Source: an uncultured delta proteobacterium (lineage in GTDB: Bacteria > Desulfobacterota > Binatia > Bin18). From it: 64,000 nt of DNA. Of the stretch, positions 32,314-43,396 are shown in pieces. Each line of letters opens with the position of its first letter. Position 1 is the first letter of the stretch. Where the stretch lies: contig CAVTCR010000062.1 in assembly GCA_963733195.1 (NCBI GenBank), forward strand, positions 378,266 to 442,265, in the 5' to 3' direction. The translations under genes and the position numbers were made by a program. The notes under the pieces were generated by a model. The model saw only the letters and a program-made list of their open reading frames with translations. It made no database searches and was not told the origin of the DNA.

Positions 32314-33856
32314 GCAGCCCTCCCTCCTGCAAGCGTGACAGCAGTCCCACGCCAGTGCGGTAAATGTCGCCTGCACCAAGAGTGAGGACAATATCGCCGG
32401 GTTGCACGACATCCAAGAGCGCGGCGACAATCTCCTCCTTCTGGGGTAGAAAACGCACATCCGCGTGCCCGCGCTTTTTCAATGCGCGGTACAATGATTC
32501 ACCGGTAACGCCTTCAATACTTTCCTCACCCGCGGCATACATTTCAGTCAGAAACAACACATCGGCATCATCAAACGCCGAAAGAAAATCGTCGAACAAA
32601 TCTCGCGTACGTGAATAACGATGTGGTTGAAACAAGGCAATCAGACGGCGGTCTCCTCCACGTGCCACTCCCTCGCGCGCGGCACGTAGCGTAACACGAA
32701 GCTCTTCTGGGTGATGCGCATAATCATCGACCACCATCACTCCGGCCTCTTCCCCTTTGACCTCAAAGCGTCGCTGAATGCCGGCAAACGCAGCCAGTGC
32801 CTCTTGTACCTGCGCGAATGGAATACCGAGTTCACGAGCCACAGCCACAACAGCCAGTGCATTTAATGCATAGTGACGGCCAGGGAGATTCAAGCGTAAT
32901 GGTCCCAAACATTCCTGCCCATGCCACACTTCACACGAAGTCATCAGTCCGGTCACGCGCAAGTCACGGGCAGTTAACTCCGCGTCCGGCCCAAGTCCAT
33001 ACGTCACAAACCGCTTATGAACGTGCGGCAACAACGCACGTACGTTCACGCTATCCAGACACAGGACGGCCCGCCCATAGAAAGGAATACGATTAATGAA
33101 CGAAAGATATGCGGCTTTGGCTTTTTCGAGGTCACCATAGAAATCGAGATGCTCGGGGTCGATATTAGTCACTACCACGACAGTGGGACTCAACAGGACG
33201 AAAGTACCGTCGCTTTCATCGGCTTCGGCAACAAGAAAGCGGCTTTGTCCTAAGCGCGCGTTCGCACCACCAAGCACATCGAGTTTGCCGCCAATAACCA
33301 TGGTCGGATCAAGGTGCGCTTGTGCGAGCACGGCTGCGATCAACGACGTGGTTGTGGTCTTACCGTGAGTTCCGGCAACCGCAATCCCATATTTCAGTCG
33401 CATCAGCTCAGCCAGCATCTCAGCCCGAGGGATGACGGGAATCATCAGTTCACGCGCACGAACTACTTCGGGGTTGGAAAACTTCACCGCCGATGAAATA
33501 ACAACCACGTCCGTCTCCGAGGTTACATGCTCAGCACGATGTCCACCACACCAAACTTGGGCTCCGTTAGCGATGAGCCGCCGCGTCGTCTCTGATTCCG
33601 CTAAATCAGAGCCACTCACGTGGTACCCCAGGTTCAATAACAATTCGGCAATCCCACTCATGCCAATGCCACCAATGCCAACGAAGTAAATACGGCGGTT
33701 GGTGTCAAACAACACTTGCCCGTTGCCATTGACGATCTGAGATGCAGATTTCCGTGTCCGCCGTCCTTTCCCCAAAACTTCCTTTCCTCTCGAACTTTGG
33801 ACTTTGGACTTTGGACTTTGGACTCTGGACTCCGGTCCCCGGCCTTTTACCGCCAT
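32303..33856 (-). CDS. murC: UDP-N-acetylmuramate--L-alanine ligase
   Basis: GIGGIGMSGIA, AGTHGKTTT, EADESD, DDYAHHP, FQPHRYSR. Confidence 0.97.
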   Translation of the reverse strand: MAVKGRGPESRVQSPKSKVQSSRGKEVLGKGRRTRKSASQIVNGNGQVLFDTNRRIYFVGIGGIGMSGIAELLLNLGYHVSGSDLAESETTRRLIANGAQVWCGGHRAEHVTSETDVVVISSAVKFSNPEVVRARELMIPVIPRAEMLAELMRLKYGIAVAGTHGKTTTTSLIAAVLAQAHLDPTMVIGGKLDVLGGANARLGQSRFLVAEADESDGTFVLLSPTVVVVTNIDPEHLDFYGDLEKAKAAYLSFINRIPFYGRAVLCLDSVNVRALLPHVHKRFVTYGLGPDAELTARDLRVTGLMTSCEVWHGQECLGPLRLNLPGRHYALNALAVVAVARELGIPFAQVQEALAAFAGIQRRFEVKGEEAGVMVVDDYAHHPEELRVTLRAAREGVARGGDRRLIALFQPHRYSRTRDLFDDFLSAFDDADVLFLTEMYAAGEESIEGVTGESLYRALKKRGHADVRFLPQKEEIVAALLDVVQPGDIVLTLGAGDIYRTGVGLLSRLQEGGLRAS

Positions 33857-34977
33857 GCTACCTCCTGTTGCGCTCGCATATCAGGAGGCAAGGATGCCAG
33901 ACACTCACGTACCACCGCAGTAGTTGCGTCGGGTCGGCCAACTGTTGTCGCAGCACGTCCCATCGCCTCCAACTGCGCAGGGTTGGTGATCAACGTACGA
34001 ATCTCATCGCTCATACGCTCGGGAGTTAGCTCTGCATCGAGGACTATACGGGCTGCGCCAGCCTGCAGCAAAATTTCGGCGTTGGCACGCTGGTGGTCAT
34101 CAACTGCATACGGATACGGAATTAAAATGGCGGGTTTGCCGAGCGACGTCAGCTCGGCAATCGTGGTTGCTCCTGCACGGCACACCACCAAATCTGTTGC
34201 CAGATACATTTCTTGCATGTTGTCGATGAACGGAACGACTGCGGCTTGCAACCCAAGCCGAGCGTATGTCGCACTCACCTCTGCATGATCAGCTTTGCCA
34301 GTTTGATGAACGACACGCACCTTCCCTTGGTCTTGCCCTAGCAATGCTAACGCGTGTGGCAACGTCTGATTCAGTCGTCGCGCTCCTGCGCTCCCGCCGA
34401 AAATCAGGAGTGTACACTGTGTCTTCGGCGCAATTGTCGGAGCAGAGTTCTTCTGTACGCTGCTGGATTTCCAGCGGACGGGATTGCCGGTGTACACGGC
34501 CTTATGAGCAGGAAAAATTGCCGCAGTCTGCGGAAACCCGACACATACTTTGGTCGCCAACCGACCTAACCATTTGTTTGTCATTCCCGGAATCGCATTT
34601 GGCTCTAAGAGGACACAAGGGATGCGACGGAGCCACCCCACCACAACTGTCGGGGCAGAAGCATAGCCGCCAATGCTGAAGATCAGGTCTGGAGCGAAAT
34701 CGCGTACGACGCGCCAAGCTACTCCGATCGCACGAAAAGCTGCCCACAGTGAGTGGAGGACACCTCGCCAATTGCGACCGCGCAATTGCTCAGCCGGAAT
34801 AAATCGCAAAGCAAAACCCAGTCGTGGAATCATGTCCTTTTCCATTCCGTGCTGCGTCCCAACGAATAGGATCTCCGCTCCCACATCACGCCGTGCGGCT
34901 TCAGCAACAGCGACACCTGGAAACAGATGACCTCCAGTACCGCCGGCCGCAAAAAGCATACGGACAGCTCTAGGCAT
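33847..34977 (-). CDS. murG: Lipid II N-acetylglucosaminyltransferase
   Basis: GGTGGHLFP, GNPVR, GGSAGA, CRAGATT, DHQRANA. Confidence 0.97.
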   Translation of the reverse strand: MPRAVRMLFAAGGTGGHLFPGVAVAEAARRDVGAEILFVGTQHGMEKDMIPRLGFALRFIPAEQLRGRNWRGVLHSLWAAFRAIGVAWRVVRDFAPDLIFSIGGYASAPTVVVGWLRRIPCVLLEPNAIPGMTNKWLGRLATKVCVGFPQTAAIFPAHKAVYTGNPVRWKSSSVQKNSAPTIAPKTQCTLLIFGGSAGARRLNQTLPHALALLGQDQGKVRVVHQTGKADHAEVSATYARLGLQAAVVPFIDNMQEMYLATDLVVCRAGATTIAELTSLGKPAILIPYPYAVDDHQRANAEILLQAGAARIVLDAELTPERMSDEIRTLITNPAQLEAMGRAATTVGRPDATTAVVRECLASLPPDMRAQQEVAWR

Positions 34978-36154
34978 ACGCTTGATTCTCCCGCAGGCTC
35001 TCACGTGAGAGACTCAAAAGTACGCCAGCACAAATCAGCGCAGTAACTAACGCCGATCCACCATAACTAATAAAAGGCAATGGCAGCCCCTTTGTCGGCA
35101 AGAGCCCGAGGACAACCCCCATGTTCAACCCAGCCTGGCACACCAACAGAAACGTACAGCCGAACGCTAAAAGCCGTCCGAACGGCTGCGGATGCCGCAT
35201 CGCTACACGCAAGCCACGCACTCCCAATAAGGCGAAGAGTACGATGATAGTTCCACCTCCCCACAGTCCGGCCTCCTCACCAACTACAGCGAAGATAAAA
35301 TCTGTGTGCGCCTCTGGGAGATACAACATCTTCTGACGGCTTTCACCCAAACCGACGCCGTAGACACCTCCGGCTCCAAATGCCAGCAGCGACTGATTGA
35401 GTTGATAACTGTGCCCTTGCTTGTGTTCGCTTTTGTTAAAAAAGGAGGTGACACGATTGAAGCGGTATTGGGCCGTTAATGTGGCGCAAATGAAGAGGAC
35501 GATCCCACACACAGCCAACAGTCCAAGGTGGCGCAGGCGAGCCCCGGCGACAAACAGCATGGCAAACAGGACAAGGCCGACAGAAACCGCACCACCAAGA
35601 TCCGGTTCCAAAGCAATCAAAAGGATGATTGCACCAATAATCACTAGAGGAGGAAGAATGCCGTAGAAAAAGTCCCCGATCCGCCCAGCTTTCTTCGCCA
35701 GGGAGGTTGCGAGATATAACACCGCGGCCCCTTTGGCGAGTTCTGATGGTTGGAAGTTGATCGGGCCAGCGTGAATCCAGCGATGGACCTTCCCGTACGA
35801 AACTCCCGGAGCAAAAACGATCGCGAGGCTCACGAATGCCAACGCGAGTAATGGGTAGGCGAACCGCCGATAGGTCTGCGACGGGATCATCGAGGCAAGG
35901 ACGAGGCCACTGCCACCAATGAGGACCGCAAGCTGATGTTTCCAAAAGAAGCGGTAAGGGTCGTTGAAACGTTCGAACGCGTAAAAATACGATGTACTGA
36001 AGACCATCACCTCGCCGATAAGCAACAGCACAACCACAGCCAGCAACAACCAGGGATCAAACAGCCCACGTTGAATAGTGGAACTTGGTGCTACAGTCGG
36101 TATGCGTTGCGACCGTAACAACACCGTTGGTTGTATGAACACCTCACCCGTCAT
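34970..36154 (-). CDS. ftsW: SEDS peptidoglycan polymerase FtsW
   Basis: FQPSELAK, EPDLG, LPEAHTDFIF, LLPTKGLPLPFISYGGS. Confidence 0.96.
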   Translation of the reverse strand: MTGEVFIQPTVLLRSQRIPTVAPSSTIQRGLFDPWLLLAVVVLLLIGEVMVFSTSYFYAFERFNDPYRFFWKHQLAVLIGGSGLVLASMIPSQTYRRFAYPLLALAFVSLAIVFAPGVSYGKVHRWIHAGPINFQPSELAKGAAVLYLATSLAKKAGRIGDFFYGILPPLVIIGAIILLIALEPDLGGAVSVGLVLFAMLFVAGARLRHLGLLAVCGIVLFICATLTAQYRFNRVTSFFNKSEHKQGHSYQLNQSLLAFGAGGVYGVGLGESRQKMLYLPEAHTDFIFAVVGEEAGLWGGGTIIVLFALLGVRGLRVAMRHPQPFGRLLAFGCTFLLVCQAGLNMGVVLGLLPTKGLPLPFISYGGSALVTALICAGVLLSLSRESLRENQAYA

Positions 36155-37491
36155 AACGCCTCCACAGCCGCCCGAAACACTTCCCCACGGTGGGCATAGT
36201 TACGAAATTGATCAAAGCTCGCACACGCTGGCGAGAGCAGAACTGTATCTCCTGCACATGCGATTGTCGCCGCTGCGCGGACGGCCTCAGCCAGGGTGTC
36301 CACAACAAGCGTATCCGTCGCGTTCCCCAGTGCGGACGCGATGATCTCCCGCGCTGCACCAAAGAGAATCAATTTTCTCACCTTGGTTTGCACAAGGTGT
36401 CGCAATGGGCAGTAGTCCCCTCCCTTATCGACTCCTCCGGCCAGCAAAATGACTGGTCCATCAAAACTTGCGAGCGATTGCACCACCGCGCCCACATTCG
36501 TACCTTTGGAATCATCGAAATACGTGACACCCTGTTTCGTCGCGACCAATTCCAGTCGATGGCGTAGTCCAGTGAAGCGAACCAGCACTCGCGCTACGAC
36601 ATCAGATGGAACTCCCCAGAGTATTGCGGTTCCGACCGCAGCCATGACATTTTCAAGATTATGACGCCCATAGAGGCGCAATCCTACAAGCGAAAGGCGC
36701 GTCTCTTGTCCCGCAATACTTACAACGAGTATTTTTTTTGCGACGTCGATCCAGACCCCGTGCGTGACGGGCTCCCAGCCAAACGAAAAGAGCTGCCCAG
36801 AAAGCCCTTGCACGAAGCGTCGGACTTCAGGGTCCTGGCGATTGATAATCATCCAGTCCGTTGGTTCCTGCCGTAAAAACAATGCCCGTTTTGCTTCTCC
36901 ATACGCGGCAAGCGTGCCATGTCGATCCAGGTGGTCTTCTGTCAGGTTCAGCCAAACGCCGATGCGAGGACGGAACTGCTCGACCCATTCCAGTTGGAAA
37001 CTCGACACTTCGGCAACGACAACCTCAGCATCTCCACTCACAGCATCCAGCAACGGGGTCCCAAGATTGCCACCAACAAAGACTCGCTGGCCGTGTTCGC
37101 GCAAACATTCACCGAGTAATGTGGTGGTCGTACTCTTGCCGTTGGTACCGGTCACTGCCAGCACCGGTACATGCAAGAAACGAAACGCCAATTCTATCTC
37201 GCTCCATACCGGAATGCCGCGTTGCCGTGCCACGATCAAGAGCGGAGCTGTGCGCGGAACACCAGGACTTGGCACAACCAGATCAATACCGTTGAGCAAC
37301 GTCTCGTCTTCGGTTCCTAGACACACCTCAGGTACGATATCCGCAATCTGCGCCAGCTCTTCTTTGAAATGGGCCTCATTCTGACGGTCAGTGACCCGTA
37401 CACGTCCGCCACATCGAGCGATAAAGCGGGCGACACTGACACCAGTACGTTTTAGGCCAATGATAAGAACAATCTTCCCGCTAAACTTCAC
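36151..37491 (-). CDS. murD: UDP-MurNAc-L-Ala--D-glutamate ligase
   Basis: TGTNGKSTT, GGNLG, EVSSFQ, DDSKGTN, LLSPACASFDQF. Confidence 0.97.
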   Translation of the reverse strand: MKFSGKIVLIIGLKRTGVSVARFIARCGGRVRVTDRQNEAHFKEELAQIADIVPEVCLGTEDETLLNGIDLVVPSPGVPRTAPLLIVARQRGIPVWSEIELAFRFLHVPVLAVTGTNGKSTTTTLLGECLREHGQRVFVGGNLGTPLLDAVSGDAEVVVAEVSSFQLEWVEQFRPRIGVWLNLTEDHLDRHGTLAAYGEAKRALFLRQEPTDWMIINRQDPEVRRFVQGLSGQLFSFGWEPVTHGVWIDVAKKILVVSIAGQETRLSLVGLRLYGRHNLENVMAAVGTAILWGVPSDVVARVLVRFTGLRHRLELVATKQGVTYFDDSKGTNVGAVVQSLASFDGPVILLAGGVDKGGDYCPLRHLVQTKVRKLILFGAAREIIASALGNATDTLVVDTLAEAVRAAATIACAGDTVLLSPACASFDQFRNYAHRGEVFRAAVEAL

Positions 37492-37496
37492 GGGAG

Positions 37497-38576
37497 CTAC
37501 CTCAACTTTAATGTACTCAGTGCCGCAACGGCACAAATAACCGAGATGATCCAGAAGCGAACGATGATTTGCGGCTCAGGCCACCCTTTCAATTCAAAAT
37601 GATGGTGAATCGGCGCCATGCGGAAAATGCGTCTCCGTGTGAGCTTGTATGAGGTCACTTGGGAAATCACTGAGACCGCCTCAACCACAAACACACCACC
37701 AGCAACCACCAGCACCAACTCTTGCTTACTAATTAACGCGACAATCCCAAGTGCTGCGCCTAACGCCAGCGAGCCGACATCACCCATAAACATTTGCGCC
37801 GGATAGGCATTGAACCACAGAAAACCCATCCCGGCGGCGACCAGCGCACCACAGAAAACCGACAATTCGGCAGACCCCGCAACGTACGGAACTTGCAGAT
37901 ACTCGGCAAACTTAATGTGACCACTGACGTAGGAGAAAAAGCCGTAGGTTAACGCAGTGATCATCACTGGTCCAATCGCAAGCCCGTCGAGCCCATCAGT
38001 CAAATTGACCGCATTCGACGCCCCCACCATCACCAGCACAGCGAATGGAATATAGAACAATCCCAGATTTGGCTGGAGATCTTTAAAGAAGGGAATCGTA
38101 ATCGTGCTGGTAAAACCAGGCGTGAACCAGAGCACAACGGCAGCTACAGTGGCCACGATGAACTGACAGAGTAATTTGTAGCGCCCAAGAAGCCCTGCGG
38201 AGTCCCGGCGTCGGAGTTTGCGATAATCATCGACAAACCCAATGAAGCCGAACCCGAGCGTCGTTCCTAACGCTAGCCAAACGTACGGATTAGTGAGATC
38301 GGCTAAAAGTAAGGTGGCTAATGTCAACGAAAAGAGGATCAGTGCCCCACCCATCGTAGGAGTTCCAGCCTTACTAAAGTGTCCGGCTGGTCCTTCCGGT
38401 CGGATGACCTGTCCAACCTGCAACGTTTGCAGACGAGCGATCAGCCAGGGGCCAAGGACGAGCGACACTGTCAGGGACAAGAGCCAGGCAATAAGAGTAC
38501 GAAACGTGATGTAGCGAAACACGTTGAACCCGGAGTAAGCGGTGTGCAGTGGATATAGAAGTGCGTACAACATCAC
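37497..38576 (-). CDS. mraY: Phospho-N-acetylmuramoyl-pentapeptide transferase
   Basis: [37 protein letters not shown]. Confidence 0.98.
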   Translation of the reverse strand: MMLYALLYPLHTAYSGFNVFRYITFRTLIAWLLSLTVSLVLGPWLIARLQTLQVGQVIRPEGPAGHFSKAGTPTMGGALILFSLTLATLLLADLTNPYVWLALGTTLGFGFIGFVDDYRKLRRRDSAGLLGRYKLLCQFIVATVAAVVLWFTPGFTSTITIPFFKDLQPNLGLFYIPFAVLVMVGASNAVNLTDGLDGLAIGPVMITALTYGFFSYVSGHIKFAEYLQVPYVAGSAELSVFCGALVAAGMGFLWFNAYPAQMFMGDVGSLALGAALGIVALISKQELVLVVAGGVFVVEAVSVISQVTSYKLTRRRIFRMAPIHHHFELKGWPEPQIIVRFWIISVICAVAALSTLKLR

Positions 38577-38614
38577 CAGTTCCTTGCGCCTTCCCCTTCA
38601 GTCAACAGCATCGT

Positions 38615-40147
38615 TCATTTTCTCGCCTCACCGTATCGTGGAGTGAGATACTGCCGCACTTCTTCACGATCATCGAAGTGCGACTTGGTTGTCCCGACAA
38701 TCTGGTAGTCTTCATGTCCTTTTCCGGCAATCACTAGGACATCGCCTGGTCGTGCCCCGGCCAGCGCAGCATGAATTGCTGCACGCCGCTCAACCATGAC
38801 AACATAACCGCTCTTGAGCGTTTCGATCGTCGTAGGATCGTCAACCTTTTGTAAGCCCGCTTGCACAAGTCCTGGTTCTGCTTCAGCAAGAATCTGTTGC
38901 GGGTCTTCTGTCCGTGGATTGTCAGAGGTCAACACCACCACATCGCTCAACCGCCCGGCCGCCTCTCCCATCAAGGGGCGTTTACCGCGATCACGGTCTC
39001 CGCCGCAACCAAAGACCGTTAGAAGCCGACCTTGAGTCAACTGACGGATCGATCGCAGCGTTTTCTCCAGCGCGTCAGGCTTGTGAGCATAATCCACTAA
39101 GACCCCGAATGGTTGCCCCACGTGAATCACTTCCAACCGCCCAGGAACTCCGGTACAGCGACGAATCCCTGCCGCAATGACTTCAGCAGGGACTCCAAGA
39201 GCATACGCAACCGTCGTCGCAGCCATAATGTTGTAGAGATGCGGCTCACCGATTAACGCCGAGGAGAATGGCACTTCCTCTTTCTCTACACGAAGGACTC
39301 CACGCATCCCGTGAAAATCTTTCTCGACATTTCGCACCGATACGGCTACGTCGTTGCGCAAACCATAGGTCAAGACTTTTCCTGGAAGTGATTGCGATAA
39401 GAGTTTCTGACCCCAAGCATCATCTGCATTCACGGCAACAAACCGATGCGGTTTCGCTGAATGCGCCAACTCTTCGGTGAAAAGACGGATTTTCGCGGCA
39501 AAGTAGTCATCGAGGTCCTTATGATAATCGAGATGATCACGACCAAGGTTGGTAAATAGCGCTCCATCCCATTGACAACCGTAGACACGGTCTTGAGCGA
39601 GCGCATGAGACGATACTTCCATGACTACGTGACTGATGCGTTCATCAACCATCGTCCGCAGAAGCGCTTGCAGCTCCACTGCTTCTGGCGTGGTGAAGGG
39701 AGCAACAAGCACGTGGTCGCGGTAACGATAATTGATAGTTCCGACGACACCAGGGGCCCACCCCATCGCTTGCCAGATCGCTTCAATAAGATAGGTGGTC
39801 GTGGTCTTTCCGCTCGTGCCGGTAACTCCCACCATGGTGAGTTGAGAGGTCGGATGATGGTAGAAACGATCGGCACACACGCCCAAAAGGATCCGTGGTG
39901 CTGACGAGTAAATAGCTGTGATGTGAGAGGGAATAGTAATGCCAGGTGGAACAACAACAGCGCAAGCACCACGCGCCACTGCTTCACTCACGAAGTGTGA
40001 GCCGTCACTTTTGCTACCGGGAAGAGCAAAAAATAATGCCCCAGGCTGTACATTGCGAGAGTCGTAGGCAAGGTGCACGATCTCCACATCCAAGTTTCCC
40101 TGAACCTGCACAGGAGGTGTATTGGAAAGGAGATCGTGCAGAATCAC
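38615..40147 (-). CDS. murE: UDP-MurNAc-tripeptide synthetase (mDAP-type)
   Basis: GVTGTSGKTT, MEVSSH, DHLDYH, VDYAH, TSDNPR, IAGKGHE. Confidence 0.97.
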   Translation of the reverse strand: MILHDLLSNTPPVQVQGNLDVEIVHLAYDSRNVQPGALFFALPGSKSDGSHFVSEAVARGACAVVVPPGITIPSHITAIYSSAPRILLGVCADRFYHHPTSQLTMVGVTGTSGKTTTTYLIEAIWQAMGWAPGVVGTINYRYRDHVLVAPFTTPEAVELQALLRTMVDERISHVVMEVSSHALAQDRVYGCQWDGALFTNLGRDHLDYHKDLDDYFAAKIRLFTEELAHSAKPHRFVAVNADDAWGQKLLSQSLPGKVLTYGLRNDVAVSVRNVEKDFHGMRGVLRVEKEEVPFSSALIGEPHLYNIMAATTVAYALGVPAEVIAAGIRRCTGVPGRLEVIHVGQPFGVLVDYAHKPDALEKTLRSIRQLTQGRLLTVFGCGGDRDRGKRPLMGEAAGRLSDVVVLTSDNPRTEDPQQILAEAEPGLVQAGLQKVDDPTTIETLKSGYVVMVERRAAIHAALAGARPGDVLVIAGKGHEDYQIVGTTKSHFDDREEVRQYLTPRYGEARK

Positions 40148-42138
40148 GGTCGATCACCTCCGAGTGAGGTCAGGGTCAGCTCATACACCGATACCTCCGC
40201 ATTCTTTCGCACTGTCTGCTTCTTGACGTAGCCACTTCCTTGGGTCACGATCTGCCATCCATTACGTTGCGCAGTCAGCACAGCATCACGTAAGCTCATC
40301 CCGACAAAATTCGGTTCGCCACTGCTGCTCTCTTCAGCAACACCGCTATCAGACTGCGCTCCAGGAATTTTCGTCGCAATGGTGTGATGGAGGGAATTTC
40401 CTCTCGCAGACTCAAGAGATGGGATAGGAATGATCGCTGGATTGATTTCCAACTTTGGCTTTTCTCCCTCGATCCCGAGATAGGCAAGTGATTGTTTAGC
40501 TATGGCCTGAAATACTGGAGCCGCTATTTCTCCGCCATAGACCCCAGTCCTCGGTGTATCAACGGCAACGAGGATCACTAAGCGCGGCTGGTCAGCAGGG
40601 ACGATTCCAATAAAAGAGGCAATGCGATCACGCGCAGAATAGCCGCCACGCGGATCAGGCTTTTGTGACGTCCCAGTTTTTCCTGCTACACGAAAACCTT
40701 CGATACGTGCACGCGTGCCGGTGCCTTCCTTTTCCGTTACTTGCTCCATCATTCGCATCATCAGTTGGGCAGTATCGCTGCCGACAACTTGTAACAACCG
40801 TTGTGGGTTTCGTGCTTCTACTACTTTTCCTTCACTATTGAGAATTTCGCTGACGAGATATGGGCGCATGAGGGTACCACCGTTCGCCAGAGCCGCATAC
40901 GCACTCGCCAGCTGCAGCGGAGTGACGGCGAATCCTTGACCAAACCCCGCAGTAACAAGGTGGATACGCGACCAGGTCTGCGGTGAGGGCAGAATCCCTG
41001 GACTTTCTCCAGGGAGTTCGATATCTGAGAGCCGCCCGAAACCAAAGGCACGAAGATACGCAGCATAGGTCTCTTTTCCCAGATGCTCGGCGATTTTGGC
41101 CGCTCCAATGTTACTAGATTGTTGAATCACTTGGGTCACGTTGAGCCATCCATGCGAATGATGATCGTTAATCACTGACTTCCCGACAGCGTAGCGTCCG
41201 TACTCACAGAAAATTTTCTCATTCGGCGACAAACGTTTTGCATCAAGTGCGGCTGCAGTAAGCAGGACTTTCAACGTGGAACCAGGTTCGTAACAATCTC
41301 CCACTGCACGATTACGGCGACGTTCAGGTCGCACCGCTGCAGGAGTATTTGCATCAAACGTCGGCACTTGCGCCAAAGCCAGCACCGCAAACGTCCGTGG
41401 ATCAAGGACTACAACTGTTCCACTTTCTGCACCGGTCGTCCGCACGGCTTGCGTTAATTCCCGTTCCGCGATGTTTTGTATACCAATATCGAGCGTCAAC
41501 CGCACATTGAGAACTTCAGGTGAGGAAGCCACACCGTGCGCGAGAATCATGCGACCCAAGGCGTCACGTTCACCGACGATCTCTGCTGGTTCTTCTCGCA
41601 GATAGCGGTCGTAGGTCTGCTCAATACCAGCGATCCCGTGTGCATCGACATCCGTAAAACCGATCAAGGGAGCGGCGAGTGTTCCTTGCGGATAAAAACG
41701 ACGCTCAGTTTCGATACTTTCGATTCCGCTGATGCCAAAAGCACGAATTTGTGCGGCTTCCTGTGGAGTGGCTCGACGCTTAAGCCACACGAAAGGCTCA
41801 GCCGATCGAAACGAGGCTCTCACCTGCTCTGTTGGTACATGCAAGACCGTTGCGACACGAGTACTCCATTTGTTGGCATCTGCCGGCAATTTCCGCGGGC
41901 GCACAAACAGCGACTCGGCTGGAACACTTAGAGCCAGTGGTTCACCGTTGCGGTCAACAATCGCGCCACGCCGCGAGGGGATTTCCATCTTCTTCTGATG
42001 CTGATTTGACGCCTGCCGGGCGAGGTCCTCACTATGAATCGTCGTTAAGTGAACAAGCCGGCCCAGGACAAGCAATAGCCCGAACCCCAGTACTGCCCCA
42101 GCAATAAGTAAACGTTTTTCCATCCCCCACCCCTCCAC
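40144..42138 (-). CDS. ftsI: Penicillin-binding protein 3 (FtsI)
   Basis: RGAIVDRNG, EPGSTLK, SSN, GKTGT; C-terminal PASTA-like region. Confidence 0.95.
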   Translation of the reverse strand: MEGWGMEKRLLIAGAVLGFGLLLVLGRLVHLTTIHSEDLARQASNQHQKKMEIPSRRGAIVDRNGEPLALSVPAESLFVRPRKLPADANKWSTRVATVLHVPTEQVRASFRSAEPFVWLKRRATPQEAAQIRAFGISGIESIETERRFYPQGTLAAPLIGFTDVDAHGIAGIEQTYDRYLREEPAEIVGERDALGRMILAHGVASSPEVLNVRLTLDIGIQNIAERELTQAVRTTGAESGTVVVLDPRTFAVLALAQVPTFDANTPAAVRPERRRNRAVGDCYEPGSTLKVLLTAAALDAKRLSPNEKIFCEYGRYAVGKSVINDHHSHGWLNVTQVIQQSSNIGAAKIAEHLGKETYAAYLRAFGFGRLSDIELPGESPGILPSPQTWSRIHLVTAGFGQGFAVTPLQLASAYAALANGGTLMRPYLVSEILNSEGKVVEARNPQRLLQVVGSDTAQLMMRMMEQVTEKEGTGTRARIEGFRVAGKTGTSQKPDPRGGYSARDRIASFIGIVPADQPRLVILVAVDTPRTGVYGGEIAAPVFQAIAKQSLAYLGIEGEKPKLEINPAIIPIPSLESARGNSLHHTIATKIPGAQSDSGVAEESSSGEPNFVGMSLRDAVLTAQRNGWQIVTQGSGYVKKQTVRKNAEVSVYELTLTSLGGDRP

Positions 42139-42139
42139 A

Positions 42140-42412
42140 TTACGGCACGCGGACCACCTGCTCTGGTTCCGGCGCGCCCATCCCTAATCGTCGTTCAGCT
42201 TGGGCCGCTAGCTGTGTCGTCGTAGTGAGTGCACTCCACTGCACCCGTAGCGCTTGACGCTCACCTTCCAGGGAATGAATGAGCTGACGCGTATTTGAAA
42301 GCTTGTATCCCACCGCCACGACTTGCAAGCGAATCCATACTTGTCCCAACGCAAGGGTTAGACCAACAAGGGCTATCACCACATACCAGATCCACGAGGC
42401 AGAACGGGACAC
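42140..42412 (-). CDS. ftsL: Cell division protein FtsL
   Basis: Single TM plus coiled coil, AERRLGM; synteny. Confidence 0.8.
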   Translation of the reverse strand: MSRSASWIWYVVIALVGLTLALGQVWIRLQVVAVGYKLSNTRQLIHSLEGERQALRVQWSALTTTTQLAAQAERRLGMGAPEPEQVVRVP

Positions 42413-42415
42413 GTG

Positions 42416-43396
42416 CTACTCAGCCTCCTTCGCTAACCGTTCGATAGCGCGTAACCGCGCACTCCGTGCGCGTGGGTTCGCCGTAATTTCTGCCGCTGTC
42501 GGAACCCACGGTTTCGGCGTGAGAATCTTCACCTTCTGTGACCATCCACAGGAACACACGAGGATTTGTGGCGGGCAAAGACATACGGCCGCCCACCGTC
42601 GAAACGCATCTTTAACCAAGCGATCTTCTAACGAATGATACGACAGAATAACCATTCGTCCCCCAGGTCGGAGGAGACGATATCCATCCCGCAGGAACGT
42701 CGAGAGGTGATCAAGTTCACGATTCACAGCCATGCGCAAGGCTTGAAACGTGCGTGTTGCTGGATGGAGATGCGTATGCGGTGAGCTCCGTACGACTCGT
42801 TCAACGGTCCGCGCTAAAGCACCTGTCGTTTGCAACGGGGCCTCCGCACGCGTACGGACAATCGCTCGTGCCACTGCACCAGATGCACGCTCTTCGCCAA
42901 GATCGCGCAAGATCTGTCGCAGCTCCTCTTCACTCGCATTGTTTACGACATCCGCAGCACTGGATTCATCGTCCTGATTCATGCGCATATCGAGCGGACC
43001 AGAGCGAAGGAAACTGAAGCCGCGCTCAGCATCTTCAACTTGTAATGAAGAAAAACCCAAATCGAGGAGAATGCTATCTACACCATCCCACCCCACAGCA
43101 GCAAGTTGCTCCTGAGCGGTACTGAAATTGGCATGGCGGACTTGCAAGCGATCAGCAAAGGGCGCGAGGCGCGCTTCCGCCACAGCAATCGCATTTGTAT
43201 CTCGGTCTATTCCGAGGAGATGCCCCTCAGGTGCACTCTCCGCCAAAAGAGCCGCAGCATGGCCTCCGCCACCAAGTGTCCCGTCAAGAAAACGCTTCCC
43301 ACTTTGTGGACGCAGCAACGACAGCACTTCGGCAATCATGACGGGAAGATGCTGAGGGACGATTGATGCTGGGGTCATGATTGTTACTGCTTCCAT
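42416..43396 (-). CDS. rsmH: 16S rRNA m4C1402 methyltransferase
   Basis: HLPVM, DGTLGGGGH, LDLGFSS, PLDMRM, HPATRTFQALR, NPRARSARLR. Confidence 0.97.
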   Translation of the reverse strand: MEAVTIMTPASIVPQHLPVMIAEVLSLLRPQSGKRFLDGTLGGGGHAAALLAESAPEGHLLGIDRDTNAIAVAEARLAPFADRLQVRHANFSTAQEQLAAVGWDGVDSILLDLGFSSLQVEDAERGFSFLRSGPLDMRMNQDDESSAADVVNNASEEELRQILRDLGEERASGAVARAIVRTRAEAPLQTTGALARTVERVVRSSPHTHLHPATRTFQALRMAVNRELDHLSTFLRDGYRLLRPGGRMVILSYHSLEDRLVKDAFRRWAAVCLCPPQILVCSCGWSQKVKILTPKPWVPTAAEITANPRARSARLRAIERLAKEAE

